Part shown: one piece after another, positions 6,798-11,786 of the stretch
Numbering within the stretch: position 1 is the stretch's first letter
Layout of the letters: every line of letters begins with the position of its first letter
Assembly (NCBI GenBank): GCA_049969855.1
Contig: JBMFOB010000028.1
Coordinates: forward strand, 1 to 11,786
Length of the DNA stretch: 11,786 nt
Reading direction: 5' to 3'
DNA from: Candidatus Bathyarchaeia archaeon
GTDB lineage: Archaea > Thermoproteota > Bathyarchaeia > Bathyarchaeales > Bathycorpusculaceae
Notes under the pieces: model-generated
Databases searched by the model: none
The model's input: only the letters and a program-made list of their open reading frames with translations
Told to the model about the DNA's origin: nothing
Made by a program: the position numbers and the translations under genes

Positions 6798-7820
6798 TTA
6801 GTTAAGGATTATGACTTTTAGGCTTTCCTTATTTTCTAAGGCTGTTTTAAAGGCTTCAGCAGCCTCTTCAAGCCTAAAACGATGCGTAATCAAATCCTCC
6901 AAATTCAATCTTCCAGACTTTATTAGTTCAAGAGCCAATCGTGTTTCCAAATGCGAAGTTGAATAGGATGGGATTATTTGGATTTCTGAAAAGAACAGGT
7001 CTTTTGGGCTTATCTGAAGCTTTTCTTTAGGTTCTGTCGGAGCGAAGACGCAGAGTTTTCCACCTTTTCGGCAAACGCTTAAACCAGCCTTATAGGCTTC
7101 TAAACTTGGGGCTGTGACGAAGGCTACGTCTACGCCGCGCCCATCAGTTTCCCCTTTAACAATGCGCACTAAGTCTTCTTTTTGTGGGTTAACGGCTATA
7201 TCTGCTCCAAACTTTTTGGCCATATTAAGCCTATAATCGATTATGTCGCTGGCAATCACTTTCGTGGCTCCGAAAATTTTTGAAAGGGCTATGTGGATTA
7301 TTCCAATGTTTCCAGAGCCGATTACGGCGATGGAATCGCCAGCCTGAACTCCACATTTTTTTATGGCTCTTAAGCAGCAGCCAACTGGCTCTATTAATGT
7401 TGCCTCTTCAAAGGATATGCCCTCTGGAATTTTTAAAGTGTCAATTTCAAGATTTGGGGATGGCACTCGGAAGTATTCTGCAAAACCGCCTGGATCAATA
7501 TGCGTATTGTGGAATTGTTCGCATAAAGTGTAATCGCCATGAAGGCAGTAATAGCATTTTAGGCAAGCCACATGATGATGCACAAAAACCTTGTCGCCGA
7601 CGCTAAAATCTTTGACTTTGCTTCCTTTTTCGGCTATTATGCCTGCTGGTTCGTGACCAAGCACAAGAGGCGCTCGACTTTTTAGATACCATTCCATCAT
7701 GTCAGAACCGCATATTCCACAAGCTTTCATTTCCACAAGAACTTCGTTTTCGCCTATTTTTGGCTTGGGTAAATCTTCAATTCTTATATCTTTTTGGCTA
7801 TAATACATTGCAACTTTCAT
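6798..7820 (-). CDS. Zn-dependent medium-chain dehydrogenase (polyol/butanediol/threonine dehydrogenase-like), copy 2
   Basis: GICGSD, GHEPAG, CLKCYYCLHGDYTLC, GGFAEY, EPVGC, GSGNIG, SDIIDYR (Asp suggests NAD), LITHRFRLEE. Confidence 0.93.
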   Translation of the reverse strand: MKVAMYYSQKDIRIEDLPKPKIGENEVLVEMKACGICGSDMMEWYLKSRAPLVLGHEPAGIIAEKGSKVKDFSVGDKVFVHHHVACLKCYYCLHGDYTLCEQFHNTHIDPGGFAEYFRVPSPNLEIDTLKIPEGISFEEATLIEPVGCCLRAIKKCGVQAGDSIAVIGSGNIGIIHIALSKIFGATKVIASDIIDYRLNMAKKFGADIAVNPQKEDLVRIVKGETDGRGVDVAFVTAPSLEAYKAGLSVCRKGGKLCVFAPTEPKEKLQISPKDLFFSEIQIIPSYSTSHLETRLALELIKSGRLNLEDLITHRFRLEEAAEAFKTALENKESLKVIILN

Positions 7821-7945
7821 TTTGGCTCAACTTTTTCTCTACGGGCTTAACACTTAAGACTTTCCAAGAAATCCTTATTTTTTGGAGTGAAAATCAACCA
7901 ATAGTGATAGCCCCTCTCCAGGTTTTCTGAAATTGTGAGTTTTGG

Positions 7946-7963
7946 AGTAAACCTTTTATAAAA
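7946..7963 (+). promoter_or_regulatory. BRE + TATA box, probably giving a leaderless transcript of the 7983 gene
   Basis: AGTAAACC-TTTTATAAAA. The TATA (7954-7961) ends 21-22 nt before ATG 7983 and there is no SD, the geometry expected for leaderless archaeal mRNA. Confidence 0.65.
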
Positions 7964-7982
7964 TAATGCGCTATTCGCTGGT

Positions 7983-8324
7983 ATGAAAACTGAAAAGAAA
8001 GCGGAAAAAATTGTTGGTTATGTACTGCTTGCGTTGGGCTTAATCCTCATAATAATTCCAGCAATCCTCGCCATCATCACATTCTTGAACCAATCCCAAA
8101 TCCCACAGTTTATCCAAACTCCAACAGAAACAAGCGATTTTGTAAAGGCAATAGCTGTTTTAAGCAATGCATGCGTTTTCTTCTTCCTCTTCATCGTGAT
8201 TGTTTGGGCAGGCTCAATAATTACCAGTCGCGGCGTAGCAATAATTAAGGATGTTAAATTGAAACTTGTCGGCAAAAGCCTAAAAGAAGCAGTTGAAAAA
8301 GCTGAAAAGGTTAAGGAATCTTAA
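7983..8324 (+). CDS. Hypothetical 2-TM membrane protein with Lys/Glu-rich C-terminal tail (113 aa)
   Basis: IVGYVLLALGLILIIIPAILAIITFL and AIAVLSNACVFFFLFIVIVWAGSII are TM-like. Has its own strong TATA box. Stop overlaps the convergent E2 stop. Confidence 0.8.
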   Translation: MKTEKKAEKIVGYVLLALGLILIIIPAILAIITFLNQSQIPQFIQTPTETSDFVKAIAVLSNACVFFFLFIVIVWAGSIITSRGVAIIKDVKLKLVGKSLKEAVEKAEKVKES

Positions 8325-9412
8325 ACTGAGCCTTTTTCGATTTTTTCTTTGATTTTTCCTAAAAATTCGGCTGCTGGGGCGCCGTCGACAATTCTGTGGT
8401 CATAGGAAAGGCTTAACACAATGAAGGGTTTTGTTTCAATTTTTCCATCAACCACTACTGGTTTTTCCTTTATCTTTCCAACGCCGAGGATTGCTGCTTC
8501 AGGCGGATTAATTATTGGAGTGAAAAATTCTACGCCGTACATTCCGAGGTTTGTTATTGTAAATGTGCCTCCGCTAACATCTTCCTTAGAAAGCTTTCCA
8601 TTCCTCGCCTTCTCCGTCAAATCGTTAATGGCTGCATCAATCTCTTTCAAGGATTTCCCATCAGCATTGTGTATGACTGGAACAACCAAGCCTTGACCAG
8701 TGGCAACAGCCACGCCCACATTTACGTCTTCAAAAACTTTTATTTTATCTCCTTCCAAAGTTGAATTTATTATGGAATGCTCCCGTAAGGCTTTAGCCAC
8801 AGCCTCAACAATGATGGTTGTGTATGAAACGTGAAGCCTTTCATGAGTTTCCTTAGCCTTAGAAGCGTCTACTTCCATCACTATGGTGCTGTGCGGAACA
8901 GTTCTAAAACTCAGTGAGACTTTTTCGGCGGAAGTTTTCCTAAAACCAGTCAATGGGATAATTTCTTTCACTTTTGGCTGCTGAATCCTGCTCGTTTCCT
9001 CAACATATCTTCTAACATCTTCTTCAACAATCCTTCCCTCTGGACCAGTGCCCTTTACAAGGGACAAGTCTATGCCATATTCTCTTGCCAAGCGTTTCGC
9101 GGCTGGCGAAGCCAAAACCGGCTTTTCCTTCTCCTCAACTGGTTGAATGATTTCTGTTTCTGAAAATGGTTCGTCGGCTGCTGTTATAACGGCGAGAACG
9201 GCATTAACCGCAGCGTCAACGCCTTCTTCAACGAAAATTTTTCTTAAAATGCCAGAGGCTGGCGCTTCTAAATCATATGTGGCTTTTTCTGAAATCACTT
9301 CCACTATTGGTTCGCCTTTTTCGACGGTTTCGCCTTCCCGCTTGTACCATTTGCCAACAGTGCCCTCTTTCATTGTAAGGCTTAGTTTTGGCATAACAAC
9401 TTTTGTAACCAT
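8321..9412 (-). CDS. acoC: Dihydrolipoamide acyltransferase E2 (AcoC/PdhC-like): one lipoyl domain, subunit-binding domain, catalytic domain
   Basis: MPKLSLTMKEG...EVISEKA (lipoyl Lys), ASPAAKRLARE...GTGPEGRI (PSBD), GGTFTITNLG, PIINPPEAAILG, SYDHRIVDGA. ATG 9412 is preferred (1 nt after the E1beta stop, GAGGT upstream). acoC versus pdhC is not certain. Confidence 0.92.
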   Translation of the reverse strand: MVTKVVMPKLSLTMKEGTVGKWYKREGETVEKGEPIVEVISEKATYDLEAPASGILRKIFVEEGVDAAVNAVLAVITAADEPFSETEIIQPVEEKEKPVLASPAAKRLAREYGIDLSLVKGTGPEGRIVEEDVRRYVEETSRIQQPKVKEIIPLTGFRKTSAEKVSLSFRTVPHSTIVMEVDASKAKETHERLHVSYTTIIVEAVAKALREHSIINSTLEGDKIKVFEDVNVGVAVATGQGLVVPVIHNADGKSLKEIDAAINDLTEKARNGKLSKEDVSGGTFTITNLGMYGVEFFTPIINPPEAAILGVGKIKEKPVVVDGKIETKPFIVLSLSYDHRIVDGAPAAEFLGKIKEKIEKGSV

Positions 9413-9413
9413 T

Positions 9414-10388
9414 TTAGACAACCTCTTTAACCGCTTTAATTATCGCCTTCTCGTCTGGAATTACATATTGCTCTAAGGGTGGGCTGAAGGGTATGGGCGT
9501 GTCTGGTTCGGCTATTCGCTTTATTGGAGCGTCCAAATAGTCTATTGCTTCTTCGGCGATTATTGCGGCTATTTCTGCGCTTACGCCAGCCGTCTTGCAG
9601 TCTTCGCTTACGATGACTAGGCGTCCAGTTTTCTTAACAGAACTTATTATGGCTTTCTTGTCTAGGGGCGTTAATGTTCTTGGGTCAACAACTTCAACGC
9701 TTATGCCTTCCCTTTCTAAAGCCTTGGCTGCTTCCAAAGCCCTATGCACCATGTAAAGCGTAGCCACTATTGTTGCGTCTTCGCCTTCCCGTTTTATGTC
9801 AGCAACTCCAAAAGGAACAGTGTACTCTTCATCTGGAATTTCGCCTTCAATTGGATACAAAAGTTTGTGTTCACAGAACATGACTGGATTGTTGCCTCTA
9901 ATGGCTGACTTTAAAAGTCCTTTTGCATCGTAGGGTGTTGATGGAACAGCCACATACAAGCCTGGAACATGCATAAACCACGCTTCAAGGCTTTGCGAAT
10001 GGTGCGAGGCGATGTTTACGCCTGCCCCGAAGGGTGTTCGAATTACAAGCGGGCATTTGGCTTGTCCGCCGAACATGTAGCGAATTTTTGCAGCTTGATT
10101 TGCAATTTGGTCCATGGCTAAAGCCGTTAAATCTCCAAACATTATTTCCGCCACTGGATGCATTCCAGTTATGGCTGCGCCTACGCCTGCGCCGATTATG
10201 GTTGACTCTGATATGGGTGTGTCCCTAACCCTTTCTTCGCCGAATTCCTCTGCTAAGCCTTCCGTGACTTTGAAGGCTCCGCCCCAATACCTGCCAATAT
10301 CCTCTCCCAAAAGAAAGACTGTTGGGTCTCGGCGCATTTCTTCGCGTAAGGCTTCGCGAAGCGCTTCTCTATAAGTTATTTTTCGCAT
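9414..10388 (-). CDS. acoB: ThDP-dependent dehydrogenase E1 beta subunit (AcoB/PdhB-like)
   Basis: LGEDIG, RVRDTPISE, PVAEIMFGD, DQIANQAAK.RYMFGG, HSQSLEAWF.HVPGL, EHKLLY, VDPRTLTPLD, SVKKTGRL, LDAPIKR. AAGGAG SD. Confidence 0.95.
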   Translation of the reverse strand: MRKITYREALREALREEMRRDPTVFLLGEDIGRYWGGAFKVTEGLAEEFGEERVRDTPISESTIIGAGVGAAITGMHPVAEIMFGDLTALAMDQIANQAAKIRYMFGGQAKCPLVIRTPFGAGVNIASHHSQSLEAWFMHVPGLYVAVPSTPYDAKGLLKSAIRGNNPVMFCEHKLLYPIEGEIPDEEYTVPFGVADIKREGEDATIVATLYMVHRALEAAKALEREGISVEVVDPRTLTPLDKKAIISSVKKTGRLVIVSEDCKTAGVSAEIAAIIAEEAIDYLDAPIKRIAEPDTPIPFSPPLEQYVIPDEKAIIKAVKEVV

Positions 10389-10403
10389 TTTCGTTTGCTC
10401 CTT

Positions 10404-11366
10404 TTATGCGTAAACATCTTCTAAGGCTTCTTCTGGCTCTGGATAGGGGCTTTCCATGGCAAATTTTACGGCTTCTTCAATTTCAGCCGAAACTTCCCTT
10501 TCAATTTGTTGAATTTCGGCCTCTGTTAAGGCTTTTGTTTGCAGAAGCTTTTCCCTAAAAAGTTTAATCGGGTCTTTAGCCAGCCACGCTTCCACTTCCT
10601 CTTTTGGCCTATATCGTGCAGGGTCAACCCGCGAATGCCCCTTATGCCTATAAGTTTTGCATTCGATAAGGGTTGGTCCTTCGCCTTTTCTGGCTCTTTC
10701 CACAGCCTCTACTGTGGCTTCGTAAACTGCTAGGACATCGTTTCCGTCTACCGCAATACCTGGAATTCCGTAGGCTACGGCTCTGTCGGCAATATTTTCA
10801 ATGTTCATAACTCTTGATTGGCGGGTTCCCATGGCGTAAAGGTTGTTTTCGCAAATGAAGATTACTGAAAGATGCCAAACAGAAGCCATGTTTATGCCTT
10901 CGTGGAATGTTCCCTGATTTGAGGCGCCTTCACCAAAGAAGCACGCCACAACTTGCCTTGTTTTTCGGAGTCTTATTGATAGGGCTGCGCCAACAGCTAT
11001 TGGAATTCCAGCGCCAACAACAGCCGTTGCACCCAACATGCCAATGCTGAAATCTGCAATGTGCATGGAACCGCCCTTACCCTTACAATAACCAGTCTTC
11101 TTACCCAAAATCTCCGCCATAATCCGCTTCAAATCAGCGCCCTTGGCAATGCAGTGTCCGTGGCCTCTATGAGTGCTCGTAATATAATCATCCCTTTCAA
11201 GAGCGGCACAAACGCCAACAGCAACCGCTTCCTCCCCAGCATAAAGATGAATTGTTCCAGGAACAAGATTTTGAGCGTATAAATCGAAGACTTTCTCTTC
11301 AAAAAATCTGATTTCAAGCATCTTCCTAAACATTTCTGTGAGTTTCTCTTTTGCAAGATTTAACAT
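10404..11366 (-). CDS. acoA: ThDP-dependent dehydrogenase E1 alpha subunit (AcoA/PdhA-like)
   Basis: HLYAGEEAVAVGVC, STHRGHGHCIAKG, CKGKGGSMHIAD, ThDP motif GEGA...ENN, TYRHKGHS. These segments resemble acetoin dehydrogenase AcoA as I recall it. Confidence 0.95.
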   Translation of the reverse strand: MLNLAKEKLTEMFRKMLEIRFFEEKVFDLYAQNLVPGTIHLYAGEEAVAVGVCAALERDDYITSTHRGHGHCIAKGADLKRIMAEILGKKTGYCKGKGGSMHIADFSIGMLGATAVVGAGIPIAVGAALSIRLRKTRQVVACFFGEGASNQGTFHEGINMASVWHLSVIFICENNLYAMGTRQSRVMNIENIADRAVAYGIPGIAVDGNDVLAVYEATVEAVERARKGEGPTLIECKTYRHKGHSRVDPARYRPKEEVEAWLAKDPIKLFREKLLQTKALTEAEIQQIEREVSAEIEEAVKFAMESPYPEPEEALEDVYA

Positions 11367-11415
11367 CAGATTCGTCCTCTTACTAAGCGGGTTTATTTCA
11401 TATACACATTGACAC

Positions 11416-11432
11416 TTTTATATTATTTTACC
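11416..11432 (-). promoter_or_regulatory. Putative BRE/TATA for the E1alpha-E1beta-E2 operon within a divergent intergenic region
   Basis: Minus strand GGTAAAA-TAATATAAAA about 50 nt upstream of ATG 11366, with GAGG in the leader. Confidence 0.5.
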
Positions 11433-11515
11433 ATTCATGAAAACATAATTTTATTTGGACAGCAACACAAACCATATAGAAACATACCTAATAGATATTT
11501 ATTAAGGAGTTAGAA

Positions 11516-11786
11516 ATGCAGAAAGCCTATTCACGGTTGTTGGGTATTGTTGGAAAGCCTAACACTGGAAAATCCACATTTTTTAGCGCAGCAACCCTTG
11601 CTCCGGCGGAAATTGCAAATTATCCCTTCACAACAATAAAGCCAAATAGAGGTGTTGGTTATGTGCGCACGCCATGCGTCCACGAAGAGTTCGGTGTTCA
11701 GGATAATCCTGTTAATTCCCTATGCCTAAACGGAGTACGCCTAATCCCAGTGGAATTCATAGACTGTGCAGGTCTTGTGCCAGGCG
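11516..11786 (+). CDS. ychF: Obg-family ATPase/GTPase YchF, archaeal type (5' part, truncated by the window end)
   Basis: Hand translation: [54 protein letters not shown]...[14 protein letters not shown], with G1 (GKPNTGKS), G2 (NYPFTT) and G3 (DCAG). GGAG at 11506-11509. Not in the ORF track because it has no stop. Confidence 0.95.
   Translation, partial: MQKAYSRLLGIVGKPNTGKSTFFSAATLAPAEIANYPFTTIKPNRGVGYVRTPCVHEEFGVQDNPVNSLCLNGVRLIPVEFIDCAGLVPG

Noticed and set aside
8018-11356. Short antisense or alternate-frame ORFs over the 7983 gene and the E1/E2 genes (e.g. 8018-8275, 8421-8696, 9147-9476, 10114-10374, 11129-11356)
   Set aside because: All overlap confident genes and show no independent coding signals.
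1-11786. tRNA, rRNA, CRISPR array, frameshift or selenocysteine/pyrrolysine readthrough
   Set aside because: Intergenic gaps are short (under 200 nt) and AT-rich, with no cloverleaf or spaced repeats. All recognised enzymes appear full-length in one frame.

Overview
Gene-dense archaeal chromosomal segment. Archaeal origin is inferred from TATA/BRE-like promoters, an archaeal-type YchF, a single-OB crenarchaeal-type SSB and a DUF3227/NitrOD5-like protein; a TACK lineage such as Bathyarchaeia is plausible but not shown. In order it holds: the 3' end of a probable winged-helix gene, a 2-TM membrane-anchored helix-hairpin-helix protein, malic enzyme, a stand-alone ~8-TM sensor-like protein coupled to a small DUF3227/NitrOD5-like protein, SSB, an EVE-domain protein, two Zn-dependent (MDR) dehydrogenases separated by a small membrane protein and a membrane-anchored wHTH regulator, another small membrane protein, an E1alpha-E1beta-E2 operon of the acetoin/2-oxoacid dehydrogenase type with no E3, and the 5' part of ychF. 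I saw no RNA genes, CRISPR arrays or mobile elements. The best leads are the kinase-free membrane sensor/output pair, the E3-less AcoABC-like complex whose E2 lacks the usual C-terminal oligomerisation anchor, the membrane-tethered DNA-binding proteins, and a palindromic operator candidate. All family assignments come from motif recognition by eye, not from database searches.
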